From a bacterium (GTDB taxonomy: Bacteria; UBA8248): 64,000 nt of DNA. This document shows, in pieces, positions 9,108 through 19,404 of the stretch. Positions within the stretch are counted from its first letter, which is position 1, and each line of letters starts with the position of its first letter. Under the pieces are notes generated by a model, which was not told the origin of the DNA, ran no database searches, and worked only from the letters and a program-made list of their open reading frames with translations. The stretch is from assembly GCA_965213625.1 (NCBI GenBank), contig CBDBZU010000004.1:1760001-1824000 (forward strand). Reading direction: 5' to 3'. The translations under genes and the position numbers were made by a program.

Positions 9108-9884
9108 ATGCAAAATCAGTATTTTGGTGATATTGGAGATTTTGTGAAATACGGACTTTTGCGGCAAATTTGCGGACTCACCTCAAAGAGGGGTAGCAAG
9201 AGTAAGCTGTCTCTTGGGGTCGTTTGGTATCTGATGCCGAACGGAGGCGGCAATGATGGCGGAAATACCTCTTATCTCCACAATCCCGAAGAATATCGGG
9301 AGTGCGATGTAGATTTGTACGATTTTCTGAAAAGCATCGTGTGTTCACACCGATTCACAAGAAAAGTGTCCCATATTCAGAAATCCATCTTGTTTCCGTC
9401 CAAAACAGCGTATCATGACAAAATTTTGCCATATGGCGATGGTATGGAAAAGGCTGGACTTCTTAAAAAGAGAGATGAGTGGTTAGGCTGCGCGAAACAC
9501 AAGGTACGCAATTGCGATGTCGTTTTCTGCGATCCCGATAACGGATTCGCAGTTAAATCTGTTGGAAAACAAAATGACTCCAAGAATAACAATGGAGGAA
9601 AATACGTTTTCTGGGATGAGGCAAAGACATTTTGCCAATTACATGAAAAACAAACTGTTGTCTATTATCAGCACAGAGACAGAAACAAGAACCAGGTAGG
9701 TGAAAAGGTCGGTAAAATTCGTAAGTTTCTCCCGGATGGAACTTGTGTCTTCTCAGTCCTGTTCAAGAATCGAATGTTTTTTGTGATTCCATCCCCAAAA
9801 CATCGGGACTTGGTATTGGGCCGCCTCAATGAAATGAAGGATGGGCCTTGGGCGCGCGTCGGTTTGGAAGTTTGTGACCATTGA
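9108..9884 (+). CDS. Conserved hypothetical protein (possible Rossmann methyltransferase-like fold), low GC
   Basis: N-terminal YFGDIGDFVKYGLLR and VVFCDPDNG motifs; AT-rich codons. Confidence 0.55.
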   Translation: MQNQYFGDIGDFVKYGLLRQICGLTSKRGSKSKLSLGVVWYLMPNGGGNDGGNTSYLHNPEEYRECDVDLYDFLKSIVCSHRFTRKVSHIQKSILFPSKTAYHDKILPYGDGMEKAGLLKKRDEWLGCAKHKVRNCDVVFCDPDNGFAVKSVGKQNDSKNNNGGKYVFWDEAKTFCQLHEKQTVVYYQHRDRNKNQVGEKVGKIRKFLPDGTCVFSVLFKNRMFFVIPSPKHRDLVLGRLNEMKDGPWARVGLEVCDH

Positions 9885-9984
9885 CGCTACCCGCCAAGGA
9901 CTATAACAGGTAACCACAATCGCGGTTTTCAGTGCTTTGGATTAATTGTTTTTATTGTCATTTTCATTTGCAAGGAGATTTTAA

Positions 9985-11184
9985 ATGGTAGTTGCTTTTG
10001 ACTCCCAGGCCGTGGGTGCGAATCGCTTGGAAGAGATTCCCTTTTCTGGCATACGCAAGGTTTTTGACGCCGTGGCGAAGCTGGAAGGTGAGGGGCGCGA
10101 CGTCATCCACTGGCAGATTGGCCGCACAGATTTCGATACACCCGAGCACATCAAGCAAGGAGCCGCAGAATCCCTCGCACGCGGTGATGTGCATTACGCA
10201 CCCAGCACGGGAGTACCCGCCTTGCGGAAGGGCATTGCGCACAGGACGGAAATCGATACCGGCGTGGAGGTGAACCCCGATACGCAGGTAATCGTTATGG
10301 CGGGAGCGAATGAGGGCATCATGGTTTCCATGCTGGCGCTGGTCAATCCCGGCGATGAGGTGATTATCGCGCAGCCGAACTGGCATCATTATAAATCCTG
10401 CACCGCGTTGGCGGGCGGCGTGCCCGTCGAGGTGATGACGAAAGAAGAGAACGATTTCGCATTGCGCGCCGAGGATATCGAGGCGGTTTTAACGCCCAAG
10501 ACGAAACTCGTTTGCCTCACTTCCCCCGGCAACCCCACGGGCTGCACGATCCCGGAATCCGAACTGGCGAAAATCGCCGAACTGGCGGTGCAGCGTAATT
10601 TCATGGTGATGAGCGATGAGATATATGCACGCATTTATTATGGCGATGCGCCGTGCGCCCCGAGCATTTTCTCGCAGCCCGGCATGGCGGAACGCACGGT
10701 GATCATCAACGGATTCTCGAAATTCTACAGCATGGACGGCTGGCGCCTCGGCTGGACAGTGGCGAGTCCCGAGATTACCCGCCACTTGCTCAAGATCCGC
10801 CAATACACCACCGTATGCGTCAACACGTTCATTCAACATGGCGCAGCGCGTGGCGTACTGGAGGATCAGGCGCCCATGGAGGCGATGACGCGCGAATTCG
10901 ACAACAGGCGGCGTGTGATATCAGAAGGTTTGCGCGCCATCGAAGGCGTCACGCTGGCCGAGCCTACGGGCGCGTTCTATGCGTTCCCGAACGTGAAGGT
11001 ATTTGGGGAAACCTCGGGCGAGGTGGCGGACTATCTTCTGAACGAGCACGCCATCGCCACGGTGAACGGCGCTGTTTTTGGCGGCGAAGGATACCTCAGA
11101 ATCGCCTATTCGTGCTCGACGGAAGAATGTGAGCGTGGCGTAGAGCGCCTGGCCGCTGCTTTGGAGCAGCTTCGAAAAGGCTAG
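9985..11184 (+). CDS. PLP-dependent aminotransferase, class I/II
   Basis: PGNPTG, SDEIY and GFSKFYSMDGWRLG motifs. Confidence 0.93.
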   Translation: MVVAFDSQAVGANRLEEIPFSGIRKVFDAVAKLEGEGRDVIHWQIGRTDFDTPEHIKQGAAESLARGDVHYAPSTGVPALRKGIAHRTEIDTGVEVNPDTQVIVMAGANEGIMVSMLALVNPGDEVIIAQPNWHHYKSCTALAGGVPVEVMTKEENDFALRAEDIEAVLTPKTKLVCLTSPGNPTGCTIPESELAKIAELAVQRNFMVMSDEIYARIYYGDAPCAPSIFSQPGMAERTVIINGFSKFYSMDGWRLGWTVASPEITRHLLKIRQYTTVCVNTFIQHGAARGVLEDQAPMEAMTREFDNRRRVISEGLRAIEGVTLAEPTGAFYAFPNVKVFGETSGEVADYLLNEHAIATVNGAVFGGEGYLRIAYSCSTEECERGVERLAAALEQLRKG

Positions 11185-11213
11185 ATTAAGGTAAATTTCA
11201 TCTTGATGTGAGC

Positions 11214-11246
11214 AAAAATGCCCCCACATGCGATGGGGGCGTTTTT
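11214..11246. terminator. Bidirectional intrinsic terminator
   Basis: AAAAATGCCCCCA-CATGCGA-TGGGGGCGTTTTT between convergent genes. Confidence 0.7.
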
Positions 11247-11269
11247 GGTTCGGGGATTTCAGTATTCTC

Positions 11270-11620
11270 TCAAACCCTCCCGTAATCGTCTTCTCGACGT
11301 TCGACGTCGTCCTCGCCGAAGTAGTCTCCAGTCTGCACCTCGATGAAAACGAAGGGCGTATCTCCTTTGTTTTCAACCCGATGCCATACTCCTTGCGGGA
11401 TATCCATGCTCTGGCCGGTGGAGAATGCGATTTCTTCTTCATCGCGGATTACGATGGCCTGTCCGGATATGGCGTGCCAGTGCTCTGACCTGCGCATATG
11501 ACGCTGCAGGCTGAGGCGATGTCCAGAATAAACGACAACCCGTTTAACCTTGTGGTCCGGCTCATCGGCCAAAACGGTGAAATACCCCCAAGGCTTAAGT
11601 TCCGTATGATTCTCGGACAT
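11270..11620 (-). CDS. Mannose-6-phosphate isomerase type II C-terminal cupin domain protein
   Basis: KPWG, LSLQRH..RSEHW and IEVQTGDYFGEDD motifs. Confidence 0.9.
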   Translation of the reverse strand: MSENHTELKPWGYFTVLADEPDHKVKRVVVYSGHRLSLQRHMRRSEHWHAISGQAIVIRDEEEIAFSTGQSMDIPQGVWHRVENKGDTPFVFIEVQTGDYFGEDDVERREDDYGRV

Positions 11621-11634
11621 CCGGATCCTCAAAG

Positions 11635-11667
11635 AAAAAACGGCGCCTCGGGAAGGGGCGCCGTCTC
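11635..11667 (-). terminator. Intrinsic terminator downstream of cbtB
   Basis: Minus strand ACGGCGCC-CCTTCCCGA-GGCGCCGT followed by a T-tract. Confidence 0.65.
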
Positions 11668-11694
11668 TTGTCTGGCAACAGGTTGCCAGGCCTC

Positions 11695-11892
11695 TTAATG
11701 GCAGGGGAAGGCGAAGGCGTGGCGAGTGTCGTGGGCGGCGTCATGCAAGAGTTGGGGTTGGGCGAAACCCACGCCGTAGAGGATGAATATGCCGAAAACG
11801 ATCGCCAAAATAGCCGGTTTGACGGCCTCCAGACGCCGGATGAGGCCACCTGATACGACTTCTTGATTCACAGCGCTCTCATGTAAAGCCAT
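11695..11892 (-). CDS. cbtB: Cobalt transporter subunit CbtB
   Basis: Single TM helix and C-terminal HDAAHDTRHAFAFPCH signature. Confidence 0.88.
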   Translation of the reverse strand: MALHESAVNQEVVSGGLIRRLEAVKPAILAIVFGIFILYGVGFAQPQLLHDAAHDTRHAFAFPCH

Positions 11893-12008
11893 CCAACCAC
11901 TCCTCTAAATTTTTACCGTATCGCCATGTATGGGGCAGATATTACCACATTTTCCCAAGAAGTCACTCCATCACGTTGTCCCCCGACTTTCATCATGAGG
12001 GATTCGGG

Positions 12009-12785
12009 TTAATCATCGATGATGGCCACCGCACGACACCAGGCGCCGCTGGCTCGCTCAATTTTGACGGGTAGCATCGAAACGGTGAACCCGAATTCAG
12101 GGATTTTATCGAGATTCATGAGTTTTTCCGCATGGATGTATTCTCTCTTACGTCCCAGGAAATGACTGCCGAAGAAATCTTTCGTGTTTCCCTGGCGTCT
12201 GAGTTCCGTCATCTTGGAGACGGGAATGTCGAAACCCCATGCGTCTATACCCATCACCTTGATCCCCTGATCGACGAGCCATTCCGTGGCGTCGACGCTC
12301 ATACCGGGGTGGGTTTGTTCAAAATCGGGGGTGTAGAGATACTTCGTGGTGTGATCGGTCCGAATGAGAACGATATCCATCGGCTTGAGTGAATAGCCTT
12401 TCTCTGCAAGGGATGACACCTTCTGCTGCGTTTCCTCCACCGTGATGTTGTGTCCGCGTTCGGCGTCATGAAAATCGAGGACCACCCCATCGCTCACGCA
12501 CCATTCGAGGGGGACGAGGTCGATCGTTTTCGAGGGTTTCCCCTCGGATTCAGGGCCGTAGTGGTAAGGGGAATCGAGGTGTGTACCACTGTGCGTGCTG
12601 ATGGCCGTGATGTTTTCGGTCGCGCAGTGCATGTGGTCGGGAAAATAACTGGTGTCCGGAAACTTGTATGATTTGGCTCGCATGCGCCCAAGTTCGGTGT
12701 GGTTTATGTATTGGATAGCGGCCGGGTTGTTCTCCATGGGCGCGTTTTGAAGGGGAACGCTTAAATCTACGATTCTACGGGCCAT
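12009..12785 (-). CDS. Cyclase family (kynurenine formamidase-like) metal-dependent hydrolase
   Basis: HSGTHLDSPYH, GIDAWG and EKLMNL motifs. Confidence 0.88.
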   Translation of the reverse strand: MARRIVDLSVPLQNAPMENNPAAIQYINHTELGRMRAKSYKFPDTSYFPDHMHCATENITAISTHSGTHLDSPYHYGPESEGKPSKTIDLVPLEWCVSDGVVLDFHDAERGHNITVEETQQKVSSLAEKGYSLKPMDIVLIRTDHTTKYLYTPDFEQTHPGMSVDATEWLVDQGIKVMGIDAWGFDIPVSKMTELRRQGNTKDFFGSHFLGRKREYIHAEKLMNLDKIPEFGFTVSMLPVKIERASGAWCRAVAIIDD

Positions 12786-12848
12786 TATTAGATACTCCTC
12801 ACATATTTGGTTTTGGGTGTTGGCCGCCCGGTGCCTGCAGGGTTCGGA

Positions 12849-13292
12849 TTATTCTTTATCCAACTTGAGGCCCGGCGGCGGAGCGGCGGCCTTTTCGCCG
12901 CGCTTGAGCAAGGGAAAAACCTCATTCGCGGCAATTCGAGCCGCCTGAAGCATATAGGGCATGCCGCAGTAAGTGGCCATCTGGATGATAACCTCCATGA
13001 TCTCGCGTTTCGTCGCTCCGCAGTTCCACGAGGCCTGAATGTGGGTGCGCAGTTGCGGATGCGCGTTGGCCATCACACATGCGGCCACGGCGCAAAGTTC
13101 TCTGGTTTTATGGGACAGGACGTTTCGGTCATAAAGCCCGCCGTAGCAGAAGTTCATGAAAAGTTCCATGAATTCCTCATCCGCCCATTCGGCCATGTCA
13201 TGACCGATGCGCTCGGTGAATTCCTTGGTCCATAGGTGTGTGCCGCGTTTGAGGGCGCTCGCAGGAATTTTGGGTTTTCGTTTTGGAGGCAT
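12849..13292 (-). CDS. Carboxymuconolactone decarboxylase family protein
   Basis: LSHKTRELCAVA...H...GAT..EI.E.I.Q...YCGMP pattern. Confidence 0.82.
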   Translation of the reverse strand: MPPKRKPKIPASALKRGTHLWTKEFTERIGHDMAEWADEEFMELFMNFCYGGLYDRNVLSHKTRELCAVAACVMANAHPQLRTHIQASWNCGATKREIMEVIIQMATYCGMPYMLQAARIAANEVFPLLKRGEKAAAPPPGLKLDKE

Positions 13293-13555
13293 TGTTTCTC
13301 CTTCAGTGGACTGATTCCGGAAACGGGCTTGTTTGGAAGACATTTGATCGAATTGGCGAAATTGCTAACACGCTCGAAAACGCCTGTCAAACCAAAACGG
13401 ATAGGTAACGAGAAAGTCTAATTAACGTACGGGTAATACTGTCGAAACGAGACTGAAATACTTCTCACCTACAAAAAATAGATGATGCTTCAGGGATGTG
13501 ATCTCTCGAAAATAGTAATTAGTGAAAATTATCAAAATAGATCGGAGGAGAGGGT

Positions 13556-14947
13556 ATGAGAAGAGGGTATCTCTACATGATGTCCGGACTGGTCTTCGCC
13601 GTAGGGGTTCTGTCCTTTGCCGACATAGGATTGGCGCAGGATGTAAAATCCATGGCAAAGAGCCTGGCGAATTTACAAGTCGCGGCGGACACTGTTTGGG
13701 TGATGGTGGCCGGGTTTCTGGTGTTTTTCATGCACGCAGGTTTTGCGATGCTCGAATCGGGACTTTGCCGGGCCAAGAACACTGTCGCTATTCTCTATAA
13801 GAATTTCGGAGTCGTCGCCGTCTCATCCCTGGCATTCTGGATATTGGGTTTCGCCCTCATGTTCGGCGATGGCAGCTCGATATTCGGTACGAACGGTTTT
13901 TTCCTGTCTGGGGCGGACAACAGCCCAGCCACGGGTGATGCGTACAAAGGTGTTTTCTCATCCCTGAATTGGACGGGTGTGCCGCTATACGCGAAATTTT
14001 TCTTCCAGCTTGTTTTCGCCGCGACGGCGGCGACCATCGTCTCGGGTTGTGTGGCCGAACGAATCAAGTTTTCCTCGTTCATGATTTTCAGCTTTCTGCT
14101 CGTAGCCATCATCTATCCCATCCAGGGCCACTGGATCTGGGGTGGCGGCTGGTTGGGAGGTATGGGATTTCTCGATTTCGCCGGTTCCACCGTGGTTCAC
14201 TCCGTAGGCGGCTGGGCTGGACTCGCCGGAATCATCGTTCTGGGTCCCCGGCTCGGGAAATATACGTCCGACGGTCGCATGCAACCGATGCCCGGCCACA
14301 ACATGCCGCTCGTCACGTTGGGTGGGTTCATCTTGTGGCTCGGATGGTTTGGATTCAACCCTGGTAGCACGATGGCCGCCGACGCGGGCGCCATCGCGCG
14401 TATCGCTGTAACGACAAATCTCGCCGCCTCTGCGGGCGTCGTGACTTCGAGCATTACTTCGCGGGCCATGTTCGGAAAAGCCGATCTTTCCATGAGCGTG
14501 AATGGCGCACTTGCAGGGCTGGTCGCCATCACGGCGCCATGCGCCAACGTTACTCCGCTGGGAGCGGTGATTATCGGTCTGGCCGCAGGCTTCATCGTCT
14601 GCGTTGCGATTCCGTTTCTCGATAAAATCAAGATTGACGATCCGGTCGGCGCCGTTTCCGTTCACTTGGTATGCGGTATATTTGGCACGCTTGCGCTGGG
14701 TTTGTTCGCCGCCCCTTCCGTTGACGATAGTGTCGTAGGTTTGTTCTACGGCGGCGGCGCAGGGCTCTTCATCAAACAACTAGTGGGAGTTGTCGCGGTC
14801 GGTGTCTTTACCTTCGTTTTGTCCTTTATTCTTTGGCATGTGGTGAAAGGTCTGATGGGCGTGCGCGTTTCCGCAGAGGATGAATTGGCAGGTCTCGACC
14901 TCTCGGAGCATGCGATGGAGGCCTACGCGGGCGAGAGGTTAGGTTGA
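13556..14947 (+). CDS. amtB: Ammonium transporter
   Basis: DFAGSTVVH, WFGFNPGS and DDPVGAVSVH motifs. Confidence 0.96.
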   Translation: MRRGYLYMMSGLVFAVGVLSFADIGLAQDVKSMAKSLANLQVAADTVWVMVAGFLVFFMHAGFAMLESGLCRAKNTVAILYKNFGVVAVSSLAFWILGFALMFGDGSSIFGTNGFFLSGADNSPATGDAYKGVFSSLNWTGVPLYAKFFFQLVFAATAATIVSGCVAERIKFSSFMIFSFLLVAIIYPIQGHWIWGGGWLGGMGFLDFAGSTVVHSVGGWAGLAGIIVLGPRLGKYTSDGRMQPMPGHNMPLVTLGGFILWLGWFGFNPGSTMAADAGAIARIAVTTNLAASAGVVTSSITSRAMFGKADLSMSVNGALAGLVAITAPCANVTPLGAVIIGLAAGFIVCVAIPFLDKIKIDDPVGAVSVHLVCGIFGTLALGLFAAPSVDDSVVGLFYGGGAGLFIKQLVGVVAVGVFTFVLSFILWHVVKGLMGVRVSAEDELAGLDLSEHAMEAYAGERLG

Positions 14948-15003
14948 TTCAGGCGCGAGGGGTTTATAACGAATGAATCTATCTGTTATCTTGAGAGGAA
15001 TGA

Positions 15004-15345
<342 letters not shown>

Positions 15346-15456
15346 GAATCTGCTCCGCAATGGGAGTTGTTTCCAGAACGAGGCGATGGCGTGGGCGATT
15401 CATGCTCATTTTCATTTGCCTCTAAATCGATTTCTAAGGCACGAATTTCCGACTTT

Positions 15457-15491
15457 CAGAAAACCGGCCCAGTTTCAAGGCCGGTTTTCTG
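15457..15491. terminator. Hairpin, probable terminator after glnK
   Basis: 13-bp perfect inverted repeat CAGAAAACCGGCC/GGCCGGTTTTCTG. Confidence 0.5.
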
Positions 15492-15688
15492 CGTTTAAAT
15501 CTCTGAAACAGCACATTTTTTTAATGCGTCATTTTCAATAGACTCCCCGAAGTATCTGTTAATGCTGATTTTGAATGCCTTTCTTGAATTTAGTCATGCC
15601 TAAAAATATATTCAGCGAGGGTTGACTTTATTTTTATCTTCAGAATAAACTTATTTTGTAGGTTGTTTTTCTATGGGGAACCGAAAAC

Positions 15689-17650
15689 ATGATACGCGGC
15701 CTCAAAACGCCCGGGGCGAGGCTTGCTCTGCGAGTGAAAAATTCTTTGACGTTGCCGGCATGGCTTCTGGCTGCCGGTTTGCTGTTGATGGGTGTCTGCC
15801 CCGCTTCGGCGCATATCGTCCCTCCCGAGGAATTACACCCCGTTGCCGAAAGCTACCGTCGCACCAGTTTCATCTTGAATCTGAATCCCGTGCTCTGGCC
15901 GCAGGTGTGGTCCGATTTGAAGCGTATCGAAGATGCGCTCAGAAAAGTGAACTCTTCTGGCGTGAAGAAATTCCTGGAAGATCTGGCCAATGCCAAGCGT
16001 GTGGCACAACCCGTGGTGAGGGCTGATGAAGAACCGGACATGGTCGCCGCGCGCAAGATGGGGAGTCGTCTGGTTTTCTCGCTGTCCACGCGGGGGGTCG
16101 CTTCGCTGCTAATCTCTCAACTGGACGGAATCAAGGCGGGTTCTGGCAGAACTGAGGTGAAAAACCGCCTGGATGAGGCACGCAGAGTATTTCTGGCTTT
16201 CGCCGAGGCATTGCCGTACCTGGATCCTGAAGGTTGGAAGAGGATGCAAATCCATTGGCTCGAAGCGAATTCCAACCTCGGAGCCGCCGGGGTGATGGGC
16301 ATTGGTGCAAGGCCGATGAATATCGTGAAAATTCGCGAGAATATCGCGTTTATCCGACAGTATTTCCACTCGAACTTTTCCGGGTTCCGGGCCGGAAGAG
16401 AACACAGACTTCTGCCCCGTCCCAAAGCAAGCAAAACGTATATTGCAAAAGCAAAAGTACCGTGGCGGCTGCCTCCTGGTTCGGACATCAACAAACAACT
16501 CCCGCGTCCCAGACAAATTTTAGGCATGGCGGAGCGTGGAGTGAACGAGGCGGAAACATTTCTCATTGCCCTGGGCGATATGGCTTTTGACAGTGCGGAG
16601 ATTTTTGGTGAGCCCGCGCGCAGCTTAGGCGTTAGTTGCAACACCTGCCACAACAAGGGGGTGACGAATCCCAAATTCTTCATCCCGGGACTTTCCCGGA
16701 CGAAAGGCGGAATGGACGTGTCGAACAGCTTTTTTGCAGGGCACGCCAACAACGGTTTGCACGACCCGCTCGATACGCCCGACTTGAGGGGCATTCGCTT
16801 TACGGCCCCATACGGCAGAAACGGCCGTTTCGCCTCGCTCAGGGAATTCGTCCGCAACGTTATCGTGAACGAGTTCAACGGGCCCGAGCCCGACCCGATG
16901 ATCATGGACGGGATGATCGCCTACATGAACGAATTCGAGTTCTTGCCGAACCCGAAGCTGAAAAAAAGCGGCAGGCTCAATCCCGGGAAAGTTACAAAAA
17001 CGGCGCTGCGGGGCGAGAAGATTTTTCACCGGAAATTCCCCCAGATGATGGGCGGCATGAGTTGTGCGAGTTGTCACATCCCAAATGCGAACTTCGTGGA
17101 CCACAAACGTCACAACATCGGTTCCACGGGAGGAAGTAACCAGCCCTTTCATGTGGGCGGTCTAGATACGCCCACACTGCTTTCTTCGAAATTCACGGCC
17201 CCGTATTTCCACGACGGAAGCCTCCCCACCCTGCGGGCGGTCAATGATTGGTTCAACACGCAATTCAAGCTGGGATTGAACCGAAAGGATATCGACGACC
17301 TCACGGCCTACGTCGAAGCCGTGGGGGATGGCGTCCAGGGGATAGAAAAAACGGTTTACACGCTGGAGTCTGAGTTGGAGGAGTTCAAGTTTTTCCTCTC
17401 CACGTATGAGCGCTTGAAGAAGAAAAAGAAAAAAGAGTTGATCACCGTCTTGCTGAGAACGGTGGTCCGCGAAGTGCAGGCTCACAAATGGGATGTTCAG
17501 GACAAGGAGAATCTGCCGATTCTCAATGAAATGGAGAAGAAGCTGAATGAGGCCTTGCGAGCTCATCTCGCCGGCGACTTGAAGATAACCGACAGTAAAA
17601 TAGCAGCTTATCACGCCTTATATCAAGAAAACGTGGACAAACTTAAATGA
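15689..17650 (+). CDS. Exported di-heme cytochrome c peroxidase/MauG-like protein with a long N-terminal extension
   Basis: Signal peptide (ASA-H); CNTCH and CASCH; TPDLRG.RFTAPY and TPTL..TAPYFHDG. Confidence 0.8.
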   Translation: MIRGLKTPGARLALRVKNSLTLPAWLLAAGLLLMGVCPASAHIVPPEELHPVAESYRRTSFILNLNPVLWPQVWSDLKRIEDALRKVNSSGVKKFLEDLANAKRVAQPVVRADEEPDMVAARKMGSRLVFSLSTRGVASLLISQLDGIKAGSGRTEVKNRLDEARRVFLAFAEALPYLDPEGWKRMQIHWLEANSNLGAAGVMGIGARPMNIVKIRENIAFIRQYFHSNFSGFRAGREHRLLPRPKASKTYIAKAKVPWRLPPGSDINKQLPRPRQILGMAERGVNEAETFLIALGDMAFDSAEIFGEPARSLGVSCNTCHNKGVTNPKFFIPGLSRTKGGMDVSNSFFAGHANNGLHDPLDTPDLRGIRFTAPYGRNGRFASLREFVRNVIVNEFNGPEPDPMIMDGMIAYMNEFEFLPNPKLKKSGRLNPGKVTKTALRGEKIFHRKFPQMMGGMSCASCHIPNANFVDHKRHNIGSTGGSNQPFHVGGLDTPTLLSSKFTAPYFHDGSLPTLRAVNDWFNTQFKLGLNRKDIDDLTAYVEAVGDGVQGIEKTVYTLESELEEFKFFLSTYERLKKKKKKELITVLLRTVVREVQAHKWDVQDKENLPILNEMEKKLNEALRAHLAGDLKITDSKIAAYHALYQENVDKLK

Positions 17651-18555
17651 AGACTGCTATGCGTTTCATCCAGATTTCATTGTCGAAAGCACCGAGTGTT
17701 GCTCTCCTTGTATTCTCCATGTTCTTGTTCGCTTCGGTTCCCGTTCACGCTGCCGACAGAGAGATTCGGATCGCGTTCATTCCACTTGAGAATCCCGAAA
17801 AACTTATCAGCAACGTAAAGCCGGCGATGAATTTCCTGGAAAAAGAGTTGGGGCGCAAGGTCCGCTATTTCATCACCTTGAATTACTCGGCCGCAGTGGA
17901 AGCCATGATCTCGAAAAAAGCGGACGTAAGCTTCATGTCTCCGCTGCCCTATGTCCTGGCGAACAAGTATTCGGGAGTCAAGGCGGTCCTCGGGGAGATA
18001 TATGACGGAAAACCCTATTACTATTCCAGGATTTTCGTCCGCAAGGACAGCGGTATCAAGAAACTATCCGATCTCAAGGGCAAGACCATTGCTTATGTCG
18101 ACCCCATTTCGAGTTCGGGGTTTATGTACCCTCATGACATTTTCACTCGCGCTGGTTTGGTGAACGGGGGAGTGGCAAAGCCCGAGGGCGGATTTTTTAG
18201 AAGGGTTTATTTCGCAGGCGGGGATCAGCAGGCGATCAACTCGATAGTCGGAGGCTTCGTCGCCGCCGCCGGCGTCAGCCAATACGCCCTCAACCTCCTG
18301 CGTCCCGAGCAACGTGATCAGGTCGTCGCCATTGCGCAGTCAGCCAGAATTCCCAGTCACAACGTGGTGGTGCGCAAAGGGCTCGCCCCTGAAATCAGGC
18401 GAATATTCATCGCGGCGATGATGAAGATGAACCGGCCCGAAAATCGCAGTTTGATACGGGCTCTTTACGGAACGGATGGTTACGTGAAGGTTAACCACAG
18501 TCGATATAAGAAGGTGGCCGATATGGCTCGTAAGTATGGTTTCTTGAAGGAGTAG
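17647..18555 (+). CDS. PhnD/PtxB-family oxyanion ABC substrate-binding protein
   Basis: Y.AAVEAM, DLKGKTIAYVDP.SSSGF.YP and IPSH motifs; signal peptide. Confidence 0.85.
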   Translation: MKTAMRFIQISLSKAPSVALLVFSMFLFASVPVHAADREIRIAFIPLENPEKLISNVKPAMNFLEKELGRKVRYFITLNYSAAVEAMISKKADVSFMSPLPYVLANKYSGVKAVLGEIYDGKPYYYSRIFVRKDSGIKKLSDLKGKTIAYVDPISSSGFMYPHDIFTRAGLVNGGVAKPEGGFFRRVYFAGGDQQAINSIVGGFVAAAGVSQYALNLLRPEQRDQVVAIAQSARIPSHNVVVRKGLAPEIRRIFIAAMMKMNRPENRSLIRALYGTDGYVKVNHSRYKKVADMARKYGFLKE

Positions 18556-18558
18556 GCA

Positions 18559-19404
18559 ATGTCGAAAGAAATGGTCATTCAGCTCGAAAATGCGCGCGTT
18601 GAGATGGGGGGACGGACGATTCTTTCTGTCGATCATCTCGAGGTCTATCGCGGGGAGAGAGTGGCCATTATCGGCAACAGTGGTTCCGGTAAGACGACCC
18701 TCATGAGAATGTTGAAGGGCTATGTGCCTTGTCAGGAGGGAAAGGTGGTTGTGATGGGGGATGTTTTTCCCATCAAGGAACCCAAAAAAATTAAAACCCA
18801 CCATCGCCATATCGGCATGATTCATCAGCATTTTGACCTGATTGGCCGCGAAACCGTCTGGCAAAACGTCTACCACGGAAGGCTCGGTTATGTGTCATTG
18901 CTTAAGAGCGTATTTGGAGTCTGCTCGCAACGCGATTTGCAAATCTGCGCACAGGCCATTCACGAAGTGCATCTCGAGGACAAGCAACGCCGCTTTGCCC
19001 GCACACTCTCCGGTGGAGAACAGCAGCGCGTGGCAATCGCCCGCGCTTTAGCGCAGGAGCCAGCGATTCTGCTTGCCGACGAGCCCGTATCGAGTCTGGA
19101 CCCGGCGTTGTCCGAGGACATTATGGATCTTCTCGTGTCGGTTTGCGACGCCTATGATCTCACGCTCATGATGAGTCTTCACCTTCCCGAGCTTGCGCGG
19201 AAGTATGCCGATAGAATTCTCGCGATGAAAAACGGAAAAATAATGTGGGATGGTTCTGCGGATTCCCTATCGAATGATAGGATATGTGAAATCTACGAGT
19301 TCATGGGAACGAACGGAGTCGTGAATGGGAACGGAACGAGAGCAAGCAGAAGCGCTTTCACCTGGCCGTATGGCTGGCAAGGTCAGCCTATTCCTGGTGG
19401 TTAG
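18559..19404 (+). CDS. PhnC-like ABC transporter ATPase
   Basis: [24 protein letters not shown] and [11 protein letters not shown] motifs. Confidence 0.88.
   Translation: MSKEMVIQLENARVEMGGRTILSVDHLEVYRGERVAIIGNSGSGKTTLMRMLKGYVPCQEGKVVVMGDVFPIKEPKKIKTHHRHIGMIHQHFDLIGRETVWQNVYHGRLGYVSLLKSVFGVCSQRDLQICAQAIHEVHLEDKQRRFARTLSGGEQQRVAIARALAQEPAILLADEPVSSLDPALSEDIMDLLVSVCDAYDLTLMMSLHLPELARKYADRILAMKNGKIMWDGSADSLSNDRICEIYEFMGTNGVVNGNGTRASRSAFTWPYGWQGQPIPGG

Noticed and set aside
13350-13368. Sigma-54-like TGGC...TTGC upstream of amtB
   Set aside because: GG-to-GC spacing is 7 nt rather than 10
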